From Vicugna vicugna (taxonomy: Eukaryota), in contig MU058645.1 in NCBI GenBank assembly GCA_013265495.1, positions 1,034,995-1,098,994 on the forward strand: 64,000 bases of DNA, given 5' to 3'. Each line of letters starts with the position of its first letter. The stretch's first letter is position 1. This document shows positions 9,989 to 20,974 of this stretch, one piece after another. Position numbers and translations under genes: made by a program. Below the pieces are notes generated by a model. The model was not told the DNA's origin. It did not search any database and worked only from the letters and a program-made list of their open reading frames with translations.

Positions 9989-12900
9989 GCTTTTTCAATT
10001 ATTCTATTTACAAACAACATGGAATTTCTTGGCCTCATGATACAAAGCGATACTAACTGTAGTCTAGCAGTGTAGGCAACATCGTGGGAACCAGGAAAAG
10101 GCCAGGCCTTCCGCGCTAGCCAACGTTTTCCAGTTGAAAACACTATTTTACATGTATAGACACTTATAAAATGCACTTGCATGTAAACACTGTAAAATCC
10201 TGCCATTTAAAATTCTATACTTAAAAAGCTCTAAGTACATCAAAAAATAGAAGAAATTTCTAATTGATACCATTAAGGCATTTTAAAACTACAAACAGCT
10301 TTCTTTATTCAATTTCAAAGCTAATACTCTGCAAATACAATAAAATCTGACATTTCATATACATTCCTGCTTTATATTTTATATTTTAAAAGAAGCCACC
10401 TGTAAATACTATTTTCTTTTGCAAAATAACAAACAGAACAAAAAAGTTTTTAAAAAATTACAGTAAAACATAAAGTAGTTCTCAAGTGGAAAAGTTATCA
10501 TTCCCAATGTCCTTGAGTTGTTCCTTCCTTAATCAACCTCTGTCACATTCTGCTTCACCAAACTTGGTCCACTTAACAGTAGTATGATTTTTAAGACTCA
10601 TTCAACAGCTTAATTATTTCTACTATATTCTGAGGTTTGATAGAATTTTCTGTACTGTTGCCATTGTGACTAAGGCAGAGGAGATGTGAATGAAAAGATA
10701 TTCAGTGCAAAGGTAGATTCCATGCCACTTCAGAAATCAAAACCTAGTAGGTGTAATGTTCACAGAGTTTAAATGACCTATATAATGGGCTGGTTTACCT
10801 TCATACAACAAAAATGCTTTCTATAGTTTATCATTTAGAACAGCTTATAAATACTACAAAAATATTGCATCTTTGATGTGACCAAATCTTCCCTGAATTT
10901 CTTAAATAAAAGTGGAATCTTAAAATAAAAACTGCTATTCCAAAATCAAAGAAGAAAATAAATATTTAACATGATGTAGTCATATCACTTCATAGGTATT
11001 CCAGAAATACAGAAGCTTAAAGCATTTTTGAAATTACTTAAAATTTTGATTAAAATTATATTAAGTTTCTTACACAAATTATGTAAATGACGGTTTTTGT
11101 AATATCATTATTTAGAAATATTCTGATTATGTTTTTTTGAGTGTGGAATATATAAACAAAGCAAACTACGATTTATATATATACCAGTAAGCCTAGAATA
11201 CGTCCTCTGCCAAGTCCTGGCCGCCTACAGTACACACAGGTGTGTCCACCGTGCAAAATCACTTCTGGTTCATCACAACGAAAAAGTCAGTTGGTCTTTT
11301 ATAGGCTTTAAATTCAGTTTTGAAATACATGTAGAGGTGGGTTTATTTTTAGTAAAGAACTAGATGTTTGTCAACCATGCAGCACTCTAAATGCTCATAT
11401 AGAATTACATGGTTATATGTCCATGGGCTGAGTTTTCCTGCATTAAATGAATGCTTATATTACTCTTCCCTTCAAAAGATTAAAAAATAATAATTAAAAA
11501 ACCTCAAAAATAGAGAAAACAGTAGTATCATAAAATAATTTAAGTGAAGGACTTCAGACATCCCCCTTAGACCCAATGAGTGCATACAGTGATAGTTAAC
11601 AGCAGTATACGATTTGTTATTTAAAAAAAAAAGTAGCATTTCGGTTTGCTGACATTGCATTTTGAATAAAAACAGTGACAGGACTAATCAAAACACATAT
11701 AACTACAAAAGAGCCACACATGGAATGTGCTGTCATTTCCAAATACAGTAAAATATTCCTAATACTTTCAACTATCTCAAGGCACTGGAGTATTGAGCAG
11801 ACTGATAATTATTGTGTTAAAACAAAATTATGAGAAATCTCTTAAAAGGGGTATGCAGAGAAAGGCTAATAGAAGAAAAGCTATTCTGAACACTTTTTAG
11901 AACTATTTTAGACAGTAGCAATGTGGGAAAAGAACTCCAAATTATTCATGGAATTATTTGGTTTCCTAAATCTAAAGTTACTTAAATTCTTTTTTCAAAT
12001 TCCCTCCTTCACTAGGAGATGCGCTTGCACATGACACACAAGGTGTGCTATCTTTGTAGATCGTCGCTGAGCTTGGGGATCTGTTTTATTTACTCAATAA
12101 TCACAAGTAACCTATATATTAGTTAAAAGTCTTTAAACTCTAATTATATATGATGCTAAATAAATATCAGTATCTTTGGAAAGTGTTTGATTCTGGTGTG
12201 GACAGCAGCTGTGCCCAGTGTTCACCATCAGCATTCACGGTAACTGTGTGAAACAGGTAGGTCTTTCATACGTGCATGGAAGGTGTAAGCCCATCGCTTT
12301 CCTCCACTAATATTAGAGACTCTGATCAACTTAATTAGTAGGTGATAAATGTGCCATAACAGAAGCTTGTAAAAAATCCTTTTCTATCTCGCTTTGGGTT
12401 CCTATCTTGTAATGACAAACTTAGAAAACAATTCAATGTCAATAAACCGAAACCATCACTCCTCAATAAACATAAATTATTTTATGAAAGGGTCTAAGGG
12501 TATATATAGGACACAAGTTACAAGTGTTGAAAAGGAGAAAAATGAAGACTTATTTTCCAGTCACAGGTTAGTCAAAAAGGATTTTCAAACAGCTGGATGC
12601 ATGTCACCACAGAACTTCAAGAGATAGTTTACCTTCAGATAATATATTTTAGCAGCAAACGACAAAAATCAAAGGATCCATTTTGGGAAGAGAATGTAAG
12701 AATAAAAGGGAACTGATTTTCTAATTTATAAAAAATCCAGATGCATCAAAGTTATCTTCACAGTCCTTACTTTGTTGATGTCAGCTAAGTACTTGACATG
12801 TATATCCTCATGTGTATACAGTGGTTCAAGTATCTTACTAAAAAGGGAAATGGAAACTAAATCTTCAGTTTTCTCCAAAAGACACAGGAGGCATATATTC

Positions 12901-13312
12901 CTTTACTTCTTTCCTTAAAGCACCATCCGCTCAGTTCATTTTGCAAAACCAACCCAAAATTTCAGAACAATTAAAAGGCAAATTTTAGCAAAAATTATTA
13001 CTGAAAAATAACTAAGGCAACATCAAATTTTAATAGCTCCCCAAATGGACTAATTTATGTTTTAGTAGAAATAAATCATTGTACATACTAATATAGAATT
13101 TAATAAGTTAAATTATGAAGGGAGAAAAAAAAAAACAAAAACAAACAAAAAACCCCAACTCTTAAATCTGTCAATTATTACAAACTAATTTAAAGAAGGA
13201 AAAGAAATGGTGTGCAGGTAAGCAGTGATATTTTTCCATCAGGTGTGGTGTTGCAAATTTCATGGACACCCAACGCATTTCTCATAAACAAGAACTGCAG
13301 AACTAAACTAAC

Positions 13313-13387
13313 CTCGGTCTGCGGTCACAATCCTTTGGTAAGGATGGACACGCATATCGTGCCTTCGAACTTTAGTAGCCACCGCAC
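13313..13387 (-). CDS. QKI: QKI-5 exon 7 (75 nt): GAVATKVRRHDMRVHPYQRIVTADR, containing the RVHPY nuclear localisation signal
   Basis: Acceptor aactag at 13389-13388; branch-like TTCTAAC at ~13416-13422; donor GAG|gttagt at 13312. Confidence 0.97.
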
Positions 13388-14142
13388 CTAGTTAAATTGC
13401 AATTACCAAGACAAAGTTAGAAAACATTCACAAGGGAAAAGAAAAACATTAACAGCAGGTTTATCAAAATGGATTTCAAATGTTCATTTACTACAAAAGT
13501 TTTGTTCTAGGAAATACGTTAAGGCACAGTAGTTTTAAAATTAACCATAATGTTGCGTATATATGCATCTACTAATATTGCATTCATTTCAAACATCTTG
13601 GCCTTAACCTATTTTATCCATTCATTTACAATCCCAAATTACAGATTTCATGTACTCTATTAGATCCAAACATATTTAAGCTTTACTAGTCACATATTCA
13701 CTGAAGTGCCTTTCTTGTAGGAGGACTACTTAAATAATGCCATGTTTTAATACTGACAATTATTTGCTAACCTTAAGACCACTTCCAGAGTTTATCACTT
13801 AAAAAGGTTTAAAAGCAATTCTTAAAGCCTACAGATTGTGGTTCTAAACTTTGAGTCAATAAGTATGAACTGCAATGAATTAGGTGATTAGTAAAGCAAA
13901 CAGTATAGTACACTTAGCAGTCAGTATACTACTATACACTCCTTTATAAATTACCGTTACTTTGTAAGAATACAGACTAAACCAATTAATAACATACTTT
14001 TACTTTCTATCAGTGTGCAAAAAGTGCAAGTAAGTCACTGACTGCTAGGCTAGGCTTCCCCCCAACCCCCGGAGGCTGCTGAGACTAAGCATTTGTTAAA
14101 TTCAGATCTGATGAGGGTTCAGTTAAGACCGTTCTTGAATTC

Positions 14143-14168
14143 TTAGCCTTTCGTTGGGAAAGCCATAC
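14143..14168 (-). CDS. QKI: QKI-6 terminal coding segment GMAFPTKG*
   Basis: Acceptor ttttatctttag at 14170-14169; TAA at 14145-14143; matches the known QKI-6 tail. Confidence 0.96.
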
Positions 14169-15394
14169 CTAAAGATAAAAGGAAGGGAATTAAAAATTAG
14201 TCATCAATGAAGATTTGATGCTAATACCAATCTCCTCACTACCACCAACACACATGTCTGCATCTGTTTTGAAGGGCACTGCTTATTTTAAAATAATATG
14301 ATGTGAGACTTGATAAACAGCATGCATGTTATCTGTGTGCAAATTTATTATAACGTAGCAATTTGAAATAATTTTCTCAGTTCTTCAAGTGGTCAATATC
14401 ATATTTTACTGCTTAGGTGGCAAAGCGAGAAATAAAATTGGTAACTGAATTTTGTCATTTAGTACTCATTATTATTCATATCTTATGAAGGCCAATTAGG
14501 CATCTGTATATTTTGCACTTAATTTGGTCAGTCTAATAATTAAGTATTATAAATAAAAATTTCCCAACACAACAAAAACCACATTGCTTTAAAATGAGAA
14601 ACAAATTTTACTGCAGTGCCTCTTGCTGTTTCTAAGCAGTAAACTGGTCCATCACCCCTTTTTCATTTTAGATAAACTAATCTTATATAAGTATAATTCC
14701 ACGAGGCAAAATCAGGGAGATCTTGCATTGAGAGTGCTGGAACAGCAGCTGGTGGCTAAGAGTGCCAGCCCTGCAGGAAGCAACAGTCAAACTCCTCGAA
14801 CAGACGCTGTGCGTGCAGCAGAGAGGAGCTCTGGGGGAAAGGAGCAGGCATGGGGCCACAGGACAGAGTTAACAGAAAGGAAAACGTAAACGGGTTACAG
14901 GTTACATGTTATTTTAAAAAATGCTTCGAGAAATGTGCAACAGAAACAAGCCTCTCATAAACAATTCTATAGTATAATTCTGATCTATAATACTTTATAC
15001 AATGATTTAGAGAGAAACGAAAAACATGTACAGTAAAATGTAATTTGCTCATGAAACAAAAGGCACCTGAGTGCATGCACACACACAGATAACATACAGA
15101 GCACTGTGGCTTTCTTTAATTGAACAATGAATTTTCAAGTTTAAGTCTTAGTGTCGGGTTCATTAAAGACTTTCAAAGTTTTATAAGTCAGTATTAATGC
15201 TGGAAAAAAGAGAAACCTTAAAAGATCAAAGTCCTAAAAGTCAACAACATGCACGCAGCACCAAGGTCATACAATTCAAGAAAAAAGAATTCAAATTCTG
15301 TCTGTAAAACAAAGGGGCAGCCCGGAAACAGTTTGTTCCGCATTGACTGGTCGTGTTAGAACAGCTGCTGTGCTCTAGTCCTTCATCCAGCAAG

Positions 15395-15438
15395 TCAATG
15401 GGCTGAAATATCAGGCATGACTGGCATTTCAATCCACT
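15395..15438 (-). CDS. QKI: QKI-7 terminal coding segment EWIEMPVMPDISAH*
   Basis: Acceptor ttttttttatag at 15440-15439; branch-like TACTGAT upstream; TGA at 15397-15395; matches the known QKI-7 tail. Confidence 0.96.
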
Positions 15439-16148
15439 CTATAAAAAAAAGGCATCAGTAATGTCTTTTTCAAGCACACCACTTTTTGTTCATGTAAAAC
15501 CGAGCGTTTATAGTATGATCTTAATTTTTGTCTCAAACGTGATTCTCAATTCAATGACTTGGTATTTACTTATCAATTCCATACGGTAGTTTTGAAATTA
15601 AGAGTATCTCTTATGTTTAGTATTAACGAGGACTTCAAAAGAGAAAAACTAAAGAAACTTGAAGAATGCAACTACTTATTTGGTCATCCCTTTCATATTT
15701 TCAGCCTTCACAAATATTAGAAAACACATATACAATGATAGCAGTTTCTAAAAGATCTCAAAATACTCTCATACAGAAATTTAAAATTTGGACTACAGTT
15801 AAATCTCTGAGACAAAAGGAATCCAAAAACTTTGGATGGTGGAGCTGATGAAGGGGCTAGGCTAACAGGTGGGATGTAAAACTCAGAATGACCTCAGTGA
15901 TGTCAAATATAAGAAGTATTTCCTATTTAAAATGTTCACAGACAATATACCTAACCAAAGTGAATTTCAGTTACTGAAGTGAATCTAAACAAATTTAAGG
16001 TATAGTTATTTAAAGAGGGAACCTGTGTAAGAGGCTGAAAAAAAAATTTAGTTTTCAGTCTTTCCTAATGGAAATTTGTCTTGCCTCTCTAAAATGGATA
16101 CAAACATTTCAAAGTCTGGGGCAGCAAAAGTTGTGAAGAAAATTGTGG

Positions 16149-16174
16149 TTAACCATGCACGGAGAACAACTTAC
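16149..16174 (-). CDS. QKI: QKI-7b-type intron-6 read-through C-terminus GKLFSVHG*
   Basis: Reading through the exon 6 donor gives GGT AAG TTG TTC TCC GTG CAT GGT TAA. Same length as the human QKI-7b tail (recalled as GKFFSPWG). Confidence 0.6.
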
Positions 16175-16474
16175 CTAATACACCGCTAGGTTCAATAGGG
16201 TACTCAAGGATTGATGTAGCTGGTGCCAACGTGTAGGGGTATTCATAGGGTGTGTAGATTAAACCAGCCTCGGGCCCTGGAGGAACTATTGCAGCAGTTG
16301 GGTGAGGAGTTCCGTTTGGCATGACAGCGGTCTGTATCTGTCTGATCAAAGGCATTATGGTAGGGCCAGCTGGCGTCGGAGTGCGCAGGGCAGCTGGTGG
16401 GAGAACGGGCGCAGGCCCAGTAATAATCCTTGGAGCAGCCTGGGCTGTTGCTGCAAGAGAAAAGGCAAGGGCTG
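16175..16474 (-). CDS. QKI: QKI exon 6 (300 nt), Pro-rich and Tyr-cluster region: (P)[15 protein letters not shown]...[27 protein letters not shown]
   Basis: Contained in ORF 16149..16487; acceptor ctgtag at 16476-16475; donor TAG|gtaagt at 16174. Confidence 0.98.
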
Positions 16475-17831
16475 CTACAGTAAGCAAAGAAATTTAGAAG
16501 GAAGTATAGAGATAGCAGTGTAAAACATGGAAAATGAGAGGGAAGTAGGAAAAAGAAAGGAAAAAGCAGAAGAGAAGAAAAATAAAAGGAAATCATTAGT
16601 ACATGCGCTGATCACACAAAAATGCCAAAGCACACCAGTCAAATGCAAACAGCTTCCCCTTTCCCAATGTGATTAACAATAATGTGCAAAAATTAAAAAA
16701 GCCACCGGGGGGGGGATGAAACCATTAAAACAGGTTATATTTAGTTCATACATTTGATATATCTATGTTTTTAAGACCTCATAAAACTAAAAGTGCATGC
16801 GGAAGCACAAGATAACACTTGTATTAAAAGATGTTAAAATACTTTGTGATTAGAGTCCACAGAAATACAGTTTTGGTGTGTTTCTAGAGTTGCTTCAGTT
16901 TCAAATAAGGAAAGAGTAAGTTTCATTGTATTAAGTTAGTCAAGTTGTCCACAGTTATTAATTTCCTGTATCTGTATGAATTAACTTCATAGGAAAAAAT
17001 TACAAAAAAGTCCCATTCCTAAACACATGACTATTAATGATATACTCATCTTCATGAATAAATTAAAGCCAACCATTTGTAAAAGTAGCCAGTACTAATC
17101 CCACTAGGTGTCCACATTCTGGAAGGTTGGCTATGCCTTTAAAATTCTATTTCTTTAAAAAAAAAAGCAGTAATTTAAACGATATTATATTCATATGAAT
17201 GATGTATAAACTTAGATTGTCTCAAAATACAAATTTCATATGATTTCAATTTAAATACAAAAAAGCAATCTCATAGTTTATAAAAGCATGCACAATACAT
17301 ATAAAGGGAAAAATGGGATTAAAAACAGTATCATCCACTGCTCTCTGTGAACTCACATAGGAAATCAATAGAGGAAAAAAAATACTGGAAGGAAAACATG
17401 CAAGCAAGGTGAAAGAACAGAATTCAACAGAAGAATCACTGCATTCAGATACATTCCAAATTAGCCTTTATTTTTGAAAAAACTTTTGAAAATTTTTGGT
17501 CCTCTGCATAAACGTAAGCAAAATAAGCTAAAAATCTTAAACCTGTAGTTAACAGAAAACTTGTGAAACTCTTGAATTTAGAAGTTGAAAATTCATCAAA
17601 ATAATACAAGTTTATAAACCCAGAACGTAGGCATGCTGGCTTAAGATAAAATCAAAAGAGTTCCCTCAATTCTTGAAAGCAGTAAAAATGGGACAGTCAG
17701 TCCCACATCAAGGGACAATTATTTCAACTCTTCACTTTAAATATTCATGTGTTGTGCTGCCAAAAGGAGAGAGGTTTCTGGATAAAAAAAGCTGCGAAAG
17801 CTGTAACCCTGGGCCTCAGTCTTATTCTTAC

Positions 17832-17919
17832 GTGATTTAATGTTGGCATCTCTGTAGGTGCCGTTGAGAATTGCAAGCTCCATCAACTGCATCTTCTTCA
17901 GGCTGTCTTCTCCCTCTGC
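17832..17919 (-). CDS. QKI: QKI exon 5 (88 nt), QUA2 region: [29 protein letters not shown](P)
   Basis: Acceptor gtatag at 17921-17920; donor CAC|gtaaga at 17831; frame continues from exon 4. Confidence 0.98.
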
Positions 17920-18527
17920 CTATACACAGAAAATACAAGAGCACTAAGCACTTGAGATGGTCCACATACATCACAGGCGTATCTAAGCACAAACCTGAAA
18001 ACAGGTGTCACGGGTGACTATAGCCACCTGTCTCAATCAGATCAAAAAAGATCAGGGAACCAAAGGGTGCTACATGCTGAAGCTCATATTCAGTAATGGC
18101 ACGCTGACACACAGGATACTCTCAACTGCCACCAGCTACGTTTCTACGTGGACATTTCTTATGTAAGCTACACTGATTAACGTTTTCCTAAAAAGCACTG
18201 CTTTTAAGTGGAATGAATGAAAGTGTCAGCTACATTAAACATAGTCTAGTCTCTTCAGCATCTATCACTTTGTTGAAGATGCCAAAACTCAAATGTATTC
18301 ATTAAAGACAAAAAACAAAAACAAAAACTCGAATTTTAAACATGTAAGATTTGATTGTTGTATTTAGGTAAGGAAATTTTCTGTTTAGTTCTCCATGAAG
18401 GAAAATTTAATGAAATCATAAACAGAAGAATTTCTAAAATTTGTATATATATATTCTAGTTTCTTATGCTAACATCCCTCTCTCCCCTCATTAGCAAGTG
18501 CTACCAATTTTAAAGCAAATCCATCAT

Positions 18528-18658
18528 TAGGGTTGTCATATGATACACTGTCCAAACCAAGAAACTTTAATAGCAAAAAGGGGTGCTATTAATAATTATG
18601 CTATGACAAGAGGCAGAAACCAGGGATGTCCCTGATCATCAAAAGGTTTGGCCATTCC
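18528..18658. mobile_element. Short hAT DNA-transposon relic (MER81-like)
   Basis: Similarity to recalled consensus (agggt...catat...tccaaacc...aaggggtgctattaataatta...). Confidence 0.55.
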
Positions 18659-20974
18659 ATTTACCTTGGATTTGTCCCACCCTCTCCATTTACTGTCACT
18701 TTTGCTCTTGTCAATATTGGTTATTACCAAAACTCTGCAATAATGTGTTAAATAGAATCTGTTCTCTAATCTAGGTACAATGGCCAGATTAACTGCCCTG
18801 AACACAACTTTCATCTTAAAGTACTTTTGAGAATATTCTGTCTCAAAACCTTTCATGGTCTCTTACTATCTAAAAAAATAATATATTCAAACTACCCATG
18901 ATCTGGTCCCAAGCTGTCTTCTCAAGTTAAACCACTTAATCTCCTGTGATTTTTTTACACGTATCTTATGTCATAAATCAAACCAAAGCACTCCCTGTTA
19001 TTCAACTTTCTCATATTCTGATCTCCTCCATTTGAAAGCTCCTCTGCACTCCACTCCACCCCTCAACTCTCTTTCCAAATCCTACTTTATCCCTGCAAAC
19101 TTCAACCTAAATGCTTTCCTTCTCAAAGGGCCATCCCTAGATTGTATTGTTTCTGCCCTGGATTATAGTTTGTTGTGTATCACTGCTACCAAACAGCAAG
19201 CTCCCTGAGAACAGAGCATATTTCTTATTTATCACTATCTCCCCACACATCCCACCCCTCAAGTCATCAGCTAGGATTTATTTTTTTCAATGACTGGTAT
19301 GAGAAATCTTTAACTTTATTTATTTCCAAATCTCAAACATCTAAACCCTACAGGATAAACTTAGCCACAGAAAGATAAGGACCATCTAGTTAAGGTTCAT
19401 CCCTGAAGATGATGGTAGAAATGGAACCACGTGCCGCTCACATATTTTACACATTATCTAATCCTTAGGACTTAGTATTTAAAAGGAAAGTAACCCAATG
19501 ATACATTTTTTCTGATGCAACATTGGTCTTTCTTGATTCAAGAAAGCAGCAGAACTCAGATGGTAACAAGCTTCTCAGCTCTCCCTTCCTGTCACACAGT
19601 TCTGTCTCTGGCCCCATGGCAGAACTGGGATGTTCTGATTCGTAATAAAGAGAATTGCTGAGTGGGCTTTTAACAAACCACAAATTTTTTTTTTTTAAAG
19701 AGTGAAAACATCATGAAGACAATGTTTAACGTGCCATTGCCAACTTTTCAGAAACCTACTTTGCAGTAGTAGAAAATGGAAGATACTTGCATGTTTGTAG
19801 AATTACTATTCTCTGATCCCAATGAACTTGTACAAAGATGAGTGGGAAAAAGATGAAGTAATATGATTTACTTGAAAGACACAGCCATTACTTGCTGAAG
19901 ATAAAAACAAGTAAGCACTATCATTGGAAGAGAAGAATTAGAAGTCCATTATAAAACTCCTTTAACTTGTTTACTGAAAACTACTGAATACTAAAAACTT
20001 ATCATTTCAAATTTAAATCTATACATAACAGAATACCAAAAGAAGTATATAAACTATACTCTAGAAACTTTTAAAAAAAAGCAATAGGCGTATCTTCAGT
20101 CACCTTCCACAGTGAGAAAGTGATATATACTGGAAAACATCAGCAAAATAAGAAGAAACACAGATAAAAGAAGCAATGGCACACAGTGCCTCATGTAGAG
20201 CCCTGTACAGGGAAGCAGTGCTCAAACACATGTGTTCGCTGAACTGCTTTTTTTGGATATAGAAGAACCACCCTCAGTAGCTGGTGATGCAGTGCCAAAC
20301 CTGGGAGAAACACTGAGAAAGATGATGGGAGAAACAGGTGTGTGCACATCAGGGCACGTGCATGTGTGCATGTTTGTGCCTTCTGCAGGGTGCAGGAAAT
20401 GAAAAAGAGCTAGTGACATCAGCAGAGACCACCCCTCCCCCCCCGCAGCCCCCCGCCAACAGTGGGATAAAACCCAGAGCAGCAAAGCTCTCACTAGGCA
20501 TCATCAGTAGCCCTAACGACGTCACTGGAGGCCCCTGAGACTTACAATCACCTTGTCCTGGTTTTGCCAAGGGAACTTGGCAGTATATACCTGCCTGAAC
20601 GCTGCTGAAGGTGTGTGACACCTCTTTTTCAAATACAAGTCAGAAACTTGCTGGTTTCTTCAGTTACCACTACTGTGTCCAGAAGTCTAGAGATTCTACC
20701 AGCCAGGCTTCACACCGGGAGTCTGACATTTCCTCTTCTCCCAAAGATGAAAGCTGATCAAGTGTGGCATCCTCAAGTTATACATCTCTGAGAAGATATT
20801 TTTGTAGAACTGTGCTCAGGGACAAGCACGGCTATGGAGATGGAACACTGACTTTGCCATCTGTAACAAAGGAAGCTGCTCTTAAGCAACGAAACATGAA
20901 TGCTATTTTACAATGCTGAATCCTTGTGCTCATCTGGACCTCATAGCTTCTCATTTCTTAAGTATTTATTCTAT

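Larger units (their letters stand above)
9965..15394 (-). other. QKI: QKI-7 3'UTR (from 15394) and shared QKI-6/7 3'UTR (from 14142), overlapping QKI-5 introns 6/7 and exon 7
   Basis: Free of recognisable transposons and rich in miRNA sites. Ending at PAS 9983-9988 gives UTRs of ~5.4 and ~4.2 kb, consistent with the ~7 and ~6 kb mRNAs that name the isoforms. Confidence 0.8.

Noticed and set aside
15392..15397. Possible stop-codon readthrough at QKI-7 UGA-C
   Set aside because: Context is UGA CUU, not the strong UGA CUAG motif; no other support.
16243..16596. Overlapping alternative-frame ORFs on exon 6 (117 aa minus, 73 aa plus)
   Set aside because: Shadows of the GC-rich exon and the stop-poor pyrimidine tract.
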